Source of the DNA: an uncultured Clostridia bacterium
Lineage (GTDB): Bacteria; Bacillota; Clostridia; UBA1381
Assembly (NCBI GenBank): GCA_947626135.1
Contig: CANQQZ010000007.1
Coordinates: forward strand, 43,055-107,054
Length of the DNA stretch: 64,000 nucleotides
Direction of reading: 5' to 3'
Both the position numbers and the translations under genes were made by a program. A model generated the notes under the pieces. It did no database searches and was not told the DNA's origin. It saw only the letters and a program-made list of their open reading frames with translations. Below are positions 1 to 9,572 of this stretch, piece after piece (position 1 is the first letter of the stretch; every line of letters starts with the position of its first letter).

Positions 1-1159
1 ACGAGGTAAGGACCGTTTCAAACGTTCTTTCAAGAATTGTCCGTTTCGTTTTTATCCGCCGTATTCCTATTGTCGTTGTATTCTCAAATATAATTTTTTC
101 ACACGCCTCCGCTTTATCAGCTTCGCATATTACGTTCAGCACATACGCGGGACGATTTTTTTTCATATACACCGGAGAATAATAGACATCCTTTGCGCCG
201 GCGTCAAAAAGTCTTTCCAGTGTGTATCCGAGCGCCTCACCATTGCAGTCATCAATATTGGTTTCCAGTTTATACACCGCGTCTTTGCTGTCCGCCTCGA
301 TAATCATCGCGCGCAGAATGCCCGTTACCTCGTATTCGCGCTTTCCCGCGCCAATTCCGCACTTTACGATTTTGAAGCTCTCGGGGAGCTCGGATTCCGT
401 TTTCAGCGCCGCCGCAATTGCCGCTCCCGTCGGCGTGACAAGCTCGCCTCGCACTCCTGACATCTTCAGCGTCAATCCGTTCGCTTCGGCTATATTTACA
501 ACCGCCGGCACGGGAACGGGAATCACGCCATGCTGGCAGCGAACGAATCCGCTGCCTTCCGTAAGGGCGGGCACAATGACGCTGTCGATTCCCAGACTGT
601 CCGCACATACCGCCGCGGCAATAATATCCACAATAGAATCCACAGCTCCGACCTCATGAAAATGTACGCTGTCAGGCTCAACCGCATGAGCTTTCGCTTC
701 GGCTTCGGCAAGTATACGAAAAATCCTGTGCGCAAGAGCTCTCGCGCCTTCGGTCAAATCGGCACGGTTGATAATTTCCGTAATTTCATTTAGTCCGCGG
801 TGCGCATGTCCGTGCCCGTGATTATGCTCGTGTCCGTGTTCATGCCCGTGATTATGCTCATGATCGTGATTATGTTCGTGATTATGCTCGTGTCCGTGTT
901 CATGCCCGTGATTATGCTCATGTCCGTGCAAATACTCCATATCATGATCGTGATTATCATGCTGCAATATAACATTAAAATCACACGCATCAATACCGCT
1001 TTTTTTTACCCGGCTGATTTTTACTTCAAACCCGCCTATATCGAGACTGTTCAACGCCCTATCGAGCGCCGCGCGGTCGGCGCCCAAATCAATCAGCGCC
1101 GCGGCGGTCATATCTCCGCTGATTCCCGAGGCGCATTCAAAATACAGCTTTTTTGCCAT
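1..1159 (-). CDS. larC: LarC-family nickel insertion protein (nickel-pincer nucleotide cofactor biosynthesis); C-terminus lies outside the window
   Basis: The minus-strand frame is open from the window edge to the ATG at 1157-1159. It is absent from the ORF track because it has no stop in the window. My translation begins MAKKLYFECASGISGDMTAAALIDLGA, contains HFHEVGAVDSIVDIIAAAV, and has a His-rich tract (HGHEHNHGHEHGHEHNH...) around nt 800-960. All are LarC hallmarks. Confidence 0.85.
   Translation of the reverse strand, partial: MAKKLYFECASGISGDMTAAALIDLGADRAALDRALNSLDIGGFEVKISRVKKSGIDACDFNVILQHDNHDHDMEYLHGHEHNHGHEHGHEHNHEHNHDHEHNHGHEHGHEHNHGHGHAHRGLNEITEIINRADLTEGARALAHRIFRILAEAEAKAHAVEPDSVHFHEVGAVDSIVDIIAAAVCADSLGIDSVIVPALTEGSGFVRCQHGVIPVPVPAVVNIAEANGLTLKMSGVRGELVTPTGAAIAAALKTESELPESFKIVKCGIGAGKREYEVTGILRAMIIEADSKDAVYKLETNIDDCNGEALGYTLERLFDAGAKDVYYSPVYMKKNRPAYVLNVICEADKAEACEKIIFENTTTIGIRRIKTKRTILERTFETVLTS
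818..922 (-). repeat. tandem duplication (45-bp perfect copies at a 60-bp period) encoding the LarC His-rich tract
   Basis: nt 818-862 and 878-922 are identical (gtgattatgctcgtgtccgtgttcatgcccgtgattatgctcatg). On the minus strand they encode HEHNHGHEHGHEHNH-type repeats. Confidence 0.9.
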
Positions 1160-1182
1160 GTCTGTTCCCTCCTCCGCTTTTA

Positions 1183-1848
1183 TCAATTGTTAAAGCCGTT
1201 CAAAAGCCTTGTCGCGTAAGCGCCGTCAACCGTTTCCCAGTCGAAGCTGTACGGCTTTACGCCCGATTCCAGGAGACTCTTCCAAATCGTATCATAGCTT
1301 TCGACGGGAACAGACGACGTGTATATTTGATTTTCAATGGTATCATGTACCATAAACTCCAGAGCGCCGCCATCCTTCTTCCCGAATCGGCATATACGCT
1401 GCTCGCTTTTATCAATCTCCTGCGATAAAATCATCAGCTTTATAACCTCAACAGCCTTATCGTTTAAACCGGCGTCAAATATTAAAATCTTTTCAAGCAA
1501 CGCGTTGAAATCCGTTATAAAACGAAGATTATATTCCTTCAGCCGTTCCAGCTCTCCGGATTCCTTTGAGGATTTTCGTATTTTATCGTATTGCCGGCTT
1601 GCCTCAATCGGGTCGGCGCACGGTGAGAACGACAGCATAAGCCTTTCACGCTCATCATGATATAATATCGGCGTCGGCATAAGTCCCGTTTGATCGCATT
1701 CCGGACAACGGAATATGTTTACCCTGCCATGCAGCAGATCCTCCTTTAAATCCCGGCTGTCTCCGACCGTGATAGAGTGCCAGACCGTTATATCGCTTAT
1801 ATTCCCGCATTTGGGGCATTTAACCTGCTGCTTTGAATTAATACTCAT
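1183..1848 (-). CDS. CpXC-domain (zinc-ribbon) protein of unknown function
   Basis: 221-aa ORF with two CPxC pairs (VKCPKCGN ... FRCPECDQ) at the N-terminus, typical of the CpXC family. It overlaps the upstream gene by 4 nt and lies 23 nt upstream of larC. Confidence 0.6.
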   Translation of the reverse strand: MSINSKQQVKCPKCGNISDITVWHSITVGDSRDLKEDLLHGRVNIFRCPECDQTGLMPTPILYHDERERLMLSFSPCADPIEASRQYDKIRKSSKESGELERLKEYNLRFITDFNALLEKILIFDAGLNDKAVEVIKLMILSQEIDKSEQRICRFGKKDGGALEFMVHDTIENQIYTSSVPVESYDTIWKSLLESGVKPYSFDWETVDGAYATRLLNGFNN

Positions 1849-3128
1849 TTTTCAATCTCCGTTATTTTCTGTGCCGCCGCCATTATTCCCAGCTTAGCGG
1901 ATTCATATGTTAAGCCGCCCTGCATAAATGCCGTATACGGAGGACGTATCGGACCGTCCGCGGACAGCTCTATTGACGCGCCCTGCACAAACGCTCCCGC
2001 AGCCATTATTACCCGGTCCTGATACCCGGGCATATCCCACGGCTCGGGGGTAACAAAGCTGTCGACCGGGGCGCCCTTTTGTATACCCTGACAAAAGGCC
2101 TTCAGCTTTTCCGCATTGTTAAAGCGTATTGATTGAATAATATCATGCCTTATTTCATGAGGCTTCGGCTCTACGTAAAATCCCATTTTCTCAAATACAG
2201 CCGAACATAAAACCGCCGTTTTAAGAGCCTGCGCAACAGTATGCGGCGCTAAAAAAAGTCCTTGATAAAACAATCTGTTTAGTCCGGGCGTAGAGCCGCA
2301 TTCCCTGCCAATTCCTACCGACGTCATACGATACGAGCATAATTCAATCAAATCCGCTCTGCCCGCTATATAACCGCCTGTCGGAGCAAGTCCTCCGCCG
2401 GGATTTTTTATAAGAGAGCCCATTATCAAATCAGCGCCGTAATGCGTCGGCTCATAATCGTCCGCAAATTCGCCGTAGCAGTTGTCAACCATACAAACGG
2501 TATCCGGCGACGCGGCTCTGACGGCATTCACTATTTTGCCGATTCCTTCGGCGCTGAGCGTCGGACGGGAATCGTAACCCTTTGAACGCTGTATCAAAAC
2601 TGCCTTGGGCTGTATTTTGCCGCATTGCTCCGTAATCTTTTCAAAATCAGCCGAACCGTCTCGCTTCAAATCAATCTGACTGTAATTTACGCCGAAATCA
2701 CGCAGGGAGCCGTTTCCCGCTTTGCCGTTTATGCCTATGGCTTCTTCAAGCGTATCATACGGTTTTCCGGTAACGGCGATAAGAGCATCTCCCGTCCTCA
2801 GCACCCCGAAAAGCGCTGTCGATATCGTATGGGTGCCGTTAACGAACGTATGGCGGACAAGAGCGTCCTCCGTTTCAAACACCTGAGCGTATATTTTATC
2901 GAGCGTGTCTCTTCCCAAATCATCGTACCCGTAGCCTGTCGTTTCGGCAAAATGCGCTTCCGACACGCGGTTATCCGAAAACGCCTTCATAACCTTCATC
3001 TGATTAAGCTGCGCAATTTCATCTATACGAAAAAATTGCTCCGACACGGATTTTTCCGCTTCATCGACTATGGAAAGCACTTCATCGGAAATATTGAAAT
3101 TATCCTTTATAAATTTACTTTTATCCAT
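1845..3128 (-). CDS. PLP-dependent methionine gamma-lyase-family protein (YnbB / aluminium-resistance protein family)
   Basis: 427-aa ORF. The N-terminal part (…LNQMKVMKAFSDNRVSEAHFAETTGYGYDDLGRDTLDKIYAQVFETEDALVR…) matches my recollection of the YnbB-like C-S lyase family. RBS AGGGAGAA precedes the ATG. Confidence 0.7.
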   Translation of the reverse strand: MDKSKFIKDNFNISDEVLSIVDEAEKSVSEQFFRIDEIAQLNQMKVMKAFSDNRVSEAHFAETTGYGYDDLGRDTLDKIYAQVFETEDALVRHTFVNGTHTISTALFGVLRTGDALIAVTGKPYDTLEEAIGINGKAGNGSLRDFGVNYSQIDLKRDGSADFEKITEQCGKIQPKAVLIQRSKGYDSRPTLSAEGIGKIVNAVRAASPDTVCMVDNCYGEFADDYEPTHYGADLIMGSLIKNPGGGLAPTGGYIAGRADLIELCSYRMTSVGIGRECGSTPGLNRLFYQGLFLAPHTVAQALKTAVLCSAVFEKMGFYVEPKPHEIRHDIIQSIRFNNAEKLKAFCQGIQKGAPVDSFVTPEPWDMPGYQDRVIMAAGAFVQGASIELSADGPIRPPYTAFMQGGLTYESAKLGIMAAAQKITEIEK

Positions 3129-3220
3129 TTTTTGTTCTCCCTTTCAAATGGATATTATATACCATATCAAATATTCTTGTCAACCAAAAAGAAAATTTTA
3201 TCAATATTTTAGGTTTTTAC

Positions 3221-3249
3221 TTGTAAAATAATACAACATATGGTATAAT
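3221..3249 (+). promoter_or_regulatory. putative sigma-A promoter of the ABM/ATP-grasp pair
   Basis: TTGTAA (3221-3226), a 17-nt spacer ending in TGg, then TATAAT (3244-3249). Confidence 0.5.
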
Positions 3250-3279
3250 TAATGTATTACAGATATCGGGGTGTTGATT

Positions 3280-3579
3280 ATGATAACAATTATAGCAAAA
3301 TTTGATGTGAAGCCGTCATGCACGGAGGAATTTATCCGTTACGCCACAGATGTTACGCGCGAGACCCGCAAGGAAAAGGGCTGCCTTTCCTATAAAATCC
3401 TCACCGCGAGACGTGACAAGTCTAAATTTACATTTATTGAAGAATGGCTAAACGATACAGCTATTGAGGAGCATAATAATTCTAAGCATTTTATGCGTTT
3501 TACGGACAATATCGCTCCGCTTCTTAACGCCGAAATTAAAATCGAGCAATTTGAGAAAATACCGTCGGTATTTTTTTAA
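3280..3579 (+). CDS. antibiotic-biosynthesis-monooxygenase (ABM) domain protein / putative quinol monooxygenase
   Basis: Small ORF MITIIAKFDVKP...FIEEW...EEHNNSKHF, typical of the ABM ferredoxin-like fold. I chose the ATG at 3280 (GGGGTG 6 nt upstream) over the GTG at 3271 used by the track. Confidence 0.7.
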   Translation: MITIIAKFDVKPSCTEEFIRYATDVTRETRKEKGCLSYKILTARRDKSKFTFIEEWLNDTAIEEHNNSKHFMRFTDNIAPLLNAEIKIEQFEKIPSVFF

Positions 3580-3597
3580 ACCGGGAGATGAATTTTC

Positions 3598-4944
3598 TTG
3601 AACAGTCCATACATGTATTATAAGCAGCTCACAGACGGCGATATGGCGTCAGCACGGGAAAGCGCTGCCGCAATGCAGGAATACATAAAGCATTCCGAGG
3701 CGGTATATACGGTAGCTCCAAACAGACAGATGGTTCTGTATTCTCTATATATTCCGCAGCTTTTTACAGGCGACGCCGCTGCTTTTCTGGAGAATATATG
3801 CGATACGACATATAAAATACTGGAAAAGATAATATCGGAATACGAAAGCAACGCGCAATACCGCTCCCTGTTCGGATTTGACAAGCGTCTCGAGGAATTG
3901 ATTGCGCGTCCCGCGCGCTACGCTTCAAAGCTGCCTATTGCAAGATTTGATATCTTCTTTAATCCCGATGATTTTTCATTTAAATTCTGTGAATTCAACG
4001 CCGACGGAACAAGCGCGATGGATGAGGACCGTATTTTAAATATCGCCGTCAGAGAAACGGAAACCTTTAAAAAATTTTCCGAACGCTATGAAATAAAAAC
4101 CTATGAGCTGTTTGACTCTTGGGTCGACGAGTTTTTGAATATATACCGCACATGTCAAAGCCCTAAAGCGCGTCCGAATGTCGCTATTGTCGATTTTATA
4201 AAATACGGACCGCCATTTGAATTTAAACGGTTTAAAGCGGCTTTTTGCGGCAAGGGTATAAATTGTGAAATATGCGATATACGCGATCTTTCCTACGTCA
4301 ACGGGAGACTTGTTTCGCCGTCCGGCATGAAAATCGACGCCGTATACCGCCGCGCCGTGACATGCGATATTATGGCGGATTATGATAATGTTCAGCCGTT
4401 TATAAACGCTGTCATGGATGAAAACGTCGTGCTGATAGGTGATTTTAAAACGCAGGTGATTCATAATAAGCTTGTATTCGCAATATTGCATCATGATATG
4501 ACAAAGCAAATATTGACGCCGGAGGAAAACAGCTTTATAGAAAAGCATATTCCATTTACGGCTGTTCTTACAGAGAACGCCGTAAAATCATATAACGTGC
4601 TGTCCGAGAAAAACAAATGGGTTATAAAGCCGCAGGATTCTTACGCGTCGAAGGGCTTTCATGCGGGCGTGGAATGCGAAAGCGCGGAGGAGTGGGAAAA
4701 ATACGTTACCGAGAATATCGGCGGAGGATATATCCTACAGGAATATATACAGCCGTATGAAACGGAGAATATAGATTTGCTCCACGATCCGTATGCCGAA
4801 TATCGGAAATATTCGTCCATCACCGGTCTTTTTGTATATAACGGAAAATTCTCGGGCATATATTCGAGAATAGCTAAAACAAGCATCATTTCCACCCAGT
4901 ACAGCGAAATGTCGCTCCCGAGCATTGTCGCTCATGAAAAGTAA
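3598..4944 (+). CDS. uncharacterised ATP-grasp-type ligase, glutathionylspermidine-synthase-like (pre-ATP-grasp) family
   Basis: 448-aa ORF with ARFDIFFNP...CEFNADGTS, and later WVIKPQDSYASKGFHAG...GGGYILQEYIQP, resembling GSP-synthase/YgiC-type ATP-grasp proteins. TTG start with GGGAGA upstream. The family call is from memory only. Confidence 0.45.
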   Translation: MNSPYMYYKQLTDGDMASARESAAAMQEYIKHSEAVYTVAPNRQMVLYSLYIPQLFTGDAAAFLENICDTTYKILEKIISEYESNAQYRSLFGFDKRLEELIARPARYASKLPIARFDIFFNPDDFSFKFCEFNADGTSAMDEDRILNIAVRETETFKKFSERYEIKTYELFDSWVDEFLNIYRTCQSPKARPNVAIVDFIKYGPPFEFKRFKAAFCGKGINCEICDIRDLSYVNGRLVSPSGMKIDAVYRRAVTCDIMADYDNVQPFINAVMDENVVLIGDFKTQVIHNKLVFAILHHDMTKQILTPEENSFIEKHIPFTAVLTENAVKSYNVLSEKNKWVIKPQDSYASKGFHAGVECESAEEWEKYVTENIGGGYILQEYIQPYETENIDLLHDPYAEYRKYSSITGLFVYNGKFSGIYSRIAKTSIISTQYSEMSLPSIVAHEK

Positions 4945-4987
4945 AAATTGCGGCAAGCTCCGGCTGTAATGCCGCGAAAAAGCCAAA

Positions 4988-5013
4988 AGCGCGTATCATG
5001 AATGATACGCGCT
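4988..5013. terminator. bidirectional intrinsic terminator between convergent genes
   Basis: Perfect inverted repeat agcgcgtatcat/atgatacgcgct, flanked by AAAA upstream and TTT downstream. Confidence 0.6.
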
Positions 5014-5082
5014 TTAATAATCCTTCGTTACCGATATCTCACAGTCGGCATATCCGGGATACGTCCGATATCACCTGAACAT

Positions 5083-5994
5083 TTACTCGTCAAACAGCGC
5101 CCTTGCGAAGTCCTCGGGTATAAACTCCTGTAAATCGTCTATGCCTTCGCCGACGCCGACGAATTTAACCGGTAAATGCTCCTCTCTTGCAAGAGCGATT
5201 ACTATACCTCCCTTTGCCGTTCCGTCAAGCTTTGTCAGAATTATACCCGTTATTGCAGCCGTTTCCCCAAACAGCCGCGCCTGCGACACGGCATTCTGTC
5301 CCGTTGTCGCGTCAAGCACAAGCAGCGTTTCCCGCGCGCTGCCTGGCAGCTCGCGTTCAATTACGCGGTTTATTTTTTCCAGCTCAGCCATAAGATTTTT
5401 CTTGTTATGCAGACGTCCGGCAGTGTCGCATATTAAAATATCAGCTCCGCGCGCCTTCGCGGCGGCGCACGCGTCAAATATTACAGACGCGGGATCGCTT
5501 TTTTCCCGGTGCTTTATAATCTCGCACCCGCTTCTTTGCGCCCACGCATCAAGCTGTTCGATGGCAGCCGCCCGAAACGTGTCCGCAGCGGCAAGCATTA
5601 CCCTTTTTCCCTGCGCCGCATAATGAGCCGCCATCTTGCCGATGCTTGTTGTCTTGCCGACGCCGTTTACGCCTATTACAAGCATTACCGAAGGAACGGT
5701 CGACGTGTCGACCGAGCTGTCGCATTCGCTCATAATTTCCGATATAAGCGAAACAAGCTCGCTTCTTACCTCCTCCGCATGCGTAATAAATTTGCGCTTG
5801 ACTCTATCTCTGAGCTCTTCGATAATATACTCCGATGTATCAAACCCGATATCAGCCATTATAAGCGCCTCCTCGAGCTCTTCAAACAAATCCTCGTCCA
5901 CAGCCACGAACGTGGAAAAAACAGTATTGATCTGCTGCGAAATATTATCCCGGGTTTTCGTAAGACCCTGTTTAAGCTTGTCAAATAATCCCAT
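5083..5994 (-). CDS. ftsY: signal recognition particle receptor FtsY
   Basis: SRP-GTPase motifs GVNGVGKTTSIGKMA, DTAGRLHNK and TKLDGTAKGG. It lies directly downstream of smc, as in other Firmicutes. Confidence 0.95.
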   Translation of the reverse strand: MGLFDKLKQGLTKTRDNISQQINTVFSTFVAVDEDLFEELEEALIMADIGFDTSEYIIEELRDRVKRKFITHAEEVRSELVSLISEIMSECDSSVDTSTVPSVMLVIGVNGVGKTTSIGKMAAHYAAQGKRVMLAAADTFRAAAIEQLDAWAQRSGCEIIKHREKSDPASVIFDACAAAKARGADILICDTAGRLHNKKNLMAELEKINRVIERELPGSARETLLVLDATTGQNAVSQARLFGETAAITGIILTKLDGTAKGGIVIALAREEHLPVKFVGVGEGIDDLQEFIPEDFARALFDE

Positions 5995-6008
5995 TGCTAT
6001 CCCTCTCT

Positions 6009-9000
6009 TTAACCAATCAATTCCTCGTCAACCTCGTCAATCATTAACGACAGAAGCTTTGATATTCCCTTTTCCTGCATTGTCACGCCGTAAAGTATGT
6101 TTGCCGCTTCCATTGAGCCGCGGCGGTGTGTAATGATGATAAACTGCGTGTTGTCGGTATAATTTTTAAGATATGTGGCAAACCGGGACACGTTTACATC
6201 ATCGAGCGCCGCGTCTATCTCGTCCAGTATACAGAACGGCGTCGGCTTTACGCGCAGTATGGAAAACAGCAGCGCTATGGCGATAAACGATTTTTCTCCG
6301 CCCGAATACAGATTAATATTTTGCAGCCCCTTGCCGGGAAGCTGCACCTCGATTTCGATACCGCTTTCAAGCAGATTATCAGGCTCGCTTAAATACAGCC
6401 GTGCTCTGCCGCCGCCGAACATTTCACGGAACACCCTGCCGAAGCTTTTGTTTATTTCCTCAAATTGGGACCCGAAATGCTCTGTCATCAGCTCCTCCAT
6501 CGAGCTGATAAGCTTATTTAAATCCGACTTTGATTTTTCCAGATCGGCGCATTGCCCCGTAAGAAATTCATAACGCTCCCTAACCGCCTTATATTCTTCG
6601 ATCGCGTCAATATTTACGCTGCCCAGCGCCTTGATTTTCGCCTTGAGCGATATAAGACGCTTTGCCGACTCCTTCTCGTCGTCTATCTCGGTCCTAATCT
6701 TAAGCGCTTCGGAATATGTAAGCTCATATTCGTCCCAAAGCCGATTTAAAATCTCATCTCTTTGCGCTTCAAGACGTTCACGCCTGTTTGTTATTCTTGA
6801 AAGCTCACCGTTTAACTGCAAAAGACGTTCTGTTAAATCATTGTTTGAGGATTGTATTTTGACAAGTGATTTTGCGACCTCTTCCTTCCGCGCGTCTATT
6901 GCTTTTATTTGCGACTGCAATTGACGGGAGGCTTCTTTTAACTCCTCCGAGCGCGCATGCTTTTCGCGGATAGATGAATACAGCCTGTCATTCTCGACCC
7001 TAATACGCTCCTGCTCGGCTTTCTTCTCCTTAATTTCCTCCTCCGCGTCATGATTTTCGCCGCGTATCTGAGCTATGGTTCCCTCCGCGGTTTTTATCTC
7101 GTTCTCGATACCCGCAAGCTTTATGGTTTCGTCCATAACGCTCTGCGTCTTTTCCTGCTTAACGCGCTCAGCCTCCTCAAACTCATTCTGCAAATCGGCT
7201 AATTTCGCCTCCGCAAGCTTTGCCTCGTTTTCCGCTTTTCTTACCGACGACAGAAGCCCGGCTATTTCATCCGAGGATGCCTTGAGCTGCTCCTCAATCC
7301 CCGACAGCTCGGTTTCGCGCTCGGAAAGCGTGTCGGCTGTCTCAATGGACGCCTTTAAATGCGCTATGGTATTCTCAAGACGTATCAATTCATCCTCATA
7401 CTCTCTGAGCAGCGGAATATACGATGATATCTGTCTGTTAAGCGCGTCAAGCTCTGAGCGGCGCTTCGCCAGATTTTTCTCATCATCATTTATCCTTGCC
7501 TCCGTCCGTGCTATGTCCTCTCTGAGCGATTTAAGCTGTGCGGCGCGGGATAAAAATCCGCTGCGTCTATTTACGCTTCCGCCCGATATCGAGCCTCCGG
7601 CGTTTGCCACGTCTCCGTCAAGCGTTACAACACGGAATTTATATCCGAATTTCCGGCTTATGGCTATTGCGCTGTCTATCGTGTCGGCTACGACAGTTCT
7701 GCCGAGCAGATTCGCGATAATATCCTTATACCTTCTGCCGCAATCGACAAGCTCTGATGCGATGCCTATATATCCGCGGCACTGTGACAATCCGTCAGCA
7801 TTCTCCATGACGCGCCCCTTAACGGATGATATCGGCAGGAACGTGGCTCGTCCGCCGTTTTCGCGCCGCAGAAATTCAATCGCCGCTTTCGCGTCATCCT
7901 CCGTTTCAACGACTATATTTTGCAGTGAATTACCCAATGCCGTTTCAATCGCCGTCACATATTCTTTTTTTACATCTATAAGCGCGGACAGTGTGCCGTA
8001 TAAGGACAAGTTCCTGAGCTCCTGCGACTGCAAAACAAGCTTGACGCTCTTCGCATAGCCCTCGTATGCGTTTTCCATTTCCTCGAGCATACGTTTTCTT
8101 GAATGCATTGCGCTTTGCTCCGCCTTTAAATCGGACAGGGATCGCTCCGCATTTTTAATATCCGATTCGTTTATATCCGCGCGCCGCCGCAAATCGTCTG
8201 CAAGCTTTGACAGCGTTTTATGCTTTTGCCGCTTTTCTCCGGAAAGACGTTCGCTTTCGGCGATTTCCGCCTTCGTGTTGGAAACGCCTTCGTTATAGCT
8301 TTTTATCTGTGCGTTTAAAATATCGCACCTCTCCATATAGCTTTTCCTGAGCGTTTCTATTCCCGCTGTCTTCTCGCGCATTGAAACGGCGTCATTTTGT
8401 TTGTTCAAAACCTCCGCGCGGGTCGCTTCGATTTGATTGCGAAGCAGCTCGCTGCGGGAGTTAAGCTCGTTATTTTCCTTGGTCAACGCATCGAAGCCTT
8501 TTAAAATCTCATCCGCTAAAACGCGTTTCCTCTCTATCTCTGCCTCCAGCTCGCTTATCTGGATTCCGCGCTGTTCGGCACGGCTTCTTATACCTTCGAT
8601 TTCCGTGTCGATCCGCCCGATAACAGCATGAGAATTTTTTATATTGTTCTGCGCGAGACTGATTTCATTTTCGTTTGTCAAAAAGCGCGCTTCGTTTTCG
8701 CGGAGCAGCTCATTTTTTTTGCTTTGCTCTTCATCGCAGCGCTTATTTTCATCGTACAGCGCGTTTATTTTCCTTTCCGTTTCGGATTCGCGTTCCTTAA
8801 GCTCCGCAAGCTCGCCCTCCGTACCTTCATAAAGCTGCGCGAGCTCCTTTTCCTCGGCGGAGCTCTTTTCGATATTGATAAGGCTCATATTAATGTCGAG
8901 CGTTTTATATTCGCCGTACATGTCCATATATTTGCGAGCCTTTTCCGACTGGTTTTTCAGAGGATTTATTTGTCCCTCCAGCTCTGTTATTATATCCTTT

Positions 9001-9572
9001 ACACGTGTAAGATTTTCCTCAACATGCGACAGCTTTCTCGAAGCGTCATCCTTTCGGTATTTATATTTCGCCACGCCCGCGGCTTCCTCAAACAAGCTGC
9101 GCCTGTCCTCCGCCTTTGTTGACAAAATCTGCGAAACGCTTCCCTGTCCTATTATTGAATAACCGTCGCGCCCCAATCCCGTATCCATAAACAGCTCGTG
9201 TATATTTTTCAAAAGACAATTCGCGCGGTTTATTTGGTACACGCTCTCTCCGGAACGGAATAATCTGCGCGTAACTACTATTTCATCATAATCAAGCGGA
9301 AAAATATGCGACGAATTATCAAGCACAAGGCTGACCTCCGCAAAATTCAGGGGCTTTCTCATCTCCGTTCCCGCGAAAATAACATCATGCATGCTTGAGC
9401 CGCGCAGCGATTTCGCGCGCGTCTCGCCTATTACCCACCGTATGGCATCGGAGATATTGCTTTTTCCGCTGCCGTTGGGACCCACGACCGCCGTCGTTCC
9501 GTTTACAAACTCAAGCACCGTTTTATCCGCGAATGATTTAAAGCCCTGCATCTCAAGTCTTTTTAACAGCAA
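6009..9572 (-). CDS. smc: chromosome segregation protein SMC
   Basis: 1187 aa with Walker A GPNGSGKSNISDAIRWV, long Glu/Lys/Leu-rich coiled coils, signature LSGGEKSFIAIALLF and Walker B CILDEIDAALD. TTG start preceded by AAGGGAGG. Confidence 0.97.
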   Translation of the reverse strand: MLLKRLEMQGFKSFADKTVLEFVNGTTAVVGPNGSGKSNISDAIRWVIGETRAKSLRGSSMHDVIFAGTEMRKPLNFAEVSLVLDNSSHIFPLDYDEIVVTRRLFRSGESVYQINRANCLLKNIHELFMDTGLGRDGYSIIGQGSVSQILSTKAEDRRSLFEEAAGVAKYKYRKDDASRKLSHVEENLTRVKDIITELEGQINPLKNQSEKARKYMDMYGEYKTLDINMSLINIEKSSAEEKELAQLYEGTEGELAELKERESETERKINALYDENKRCDEEQSKKNELLRENEARFLTNENEISLAQNNIKNSHAVIGRIDTEIEGIRSRAEQRGIQISELEAEIERKRVLADEILKGFDALTKENNELNSRSELLRNQIEATRAEVLNKQNDAVSMREKTAGIETLRKSYMERCDILNAQIKSYNEGVSNTKAEIAESERLSGEKRQKHKTLSKLADDLRRRADINESDIKNAERSLSDLKAEQSAMHSRKRMLEEMENAYEGYAKSVKLVLQSQELRNLSLYGTLSALIDVKKEYVTAIETALGNSLQNIVVETEDDAKAAIEFLRRENGGRATFLPISSVKGRVMENADGLSQCRGYIGIASELVDCGRRYKDIIANLLGRTVVADTIDSAIAISRKFGYKFRVVTLDGDVANAGGSISGGSVNRRSGFLSRAAQLKSLREDIARTEARINDDEKNLAKRRSELDALNRQISSYIPLLREYEDELIRLENTIAHLKASIETADTLSERETELSGIEEQLKASSDEIAGLLSSVRKAENEAKLAEAKLADLQNEFEEAERVKQEKTQSVMDETIKLAGIENEIKTAEGTIAQIRGENHDAEEEIKEKKAEQERIRVENDRLYSSIREKHARSEELKEASRQLQSQIKAIDARKEEVAKSLVKIQSSNNDLTERLLQLNGELSRITNRRERLEAQRDEILNRLWDEYELTYSEALKIRTEIDDEKESAKRLISLKAKIKALGSVNIDAIEEYKAVRERYEFLTGQCADLEKSKSDLNKLISSMEELMTEHFGSQFEEINKSFGRVFREMFGGGRARLYLSEPDNLLESGIEIEVQLPGKGLQNINLYSGGEKSFIAIALLFSILRVKPTPFCILDEIDAALDDVNVSRFATYLKNYTDNTQFIIITHRRGSMEAANILYGVTMQEKGISKLLSLMIDEVDEELIG

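Noticed and set aside
222-993. Several ORF-track entries on both strands (222-659 +, 270-608 -, 523-735 -, 530-793 +, 790-993 -).
   Set aside because: They are antisense or out of frame relative to the strongly supported larC frame. That frame is missing from the track only because it runs off the window. Their translations are low-complexity with no recognisable motifs.
7075-8058. 327-aa plus-strand ORF inside smc, and similar ORFs at 6175-6573, 8628-9122 and elsewhere.
   Set aside because: These are Ser/Phe/Leu-rich mirror images of the Glu/Lys/Leu coiled-coil codons of smc, which is a typical antisense shadow. No RBS or motifs are present.
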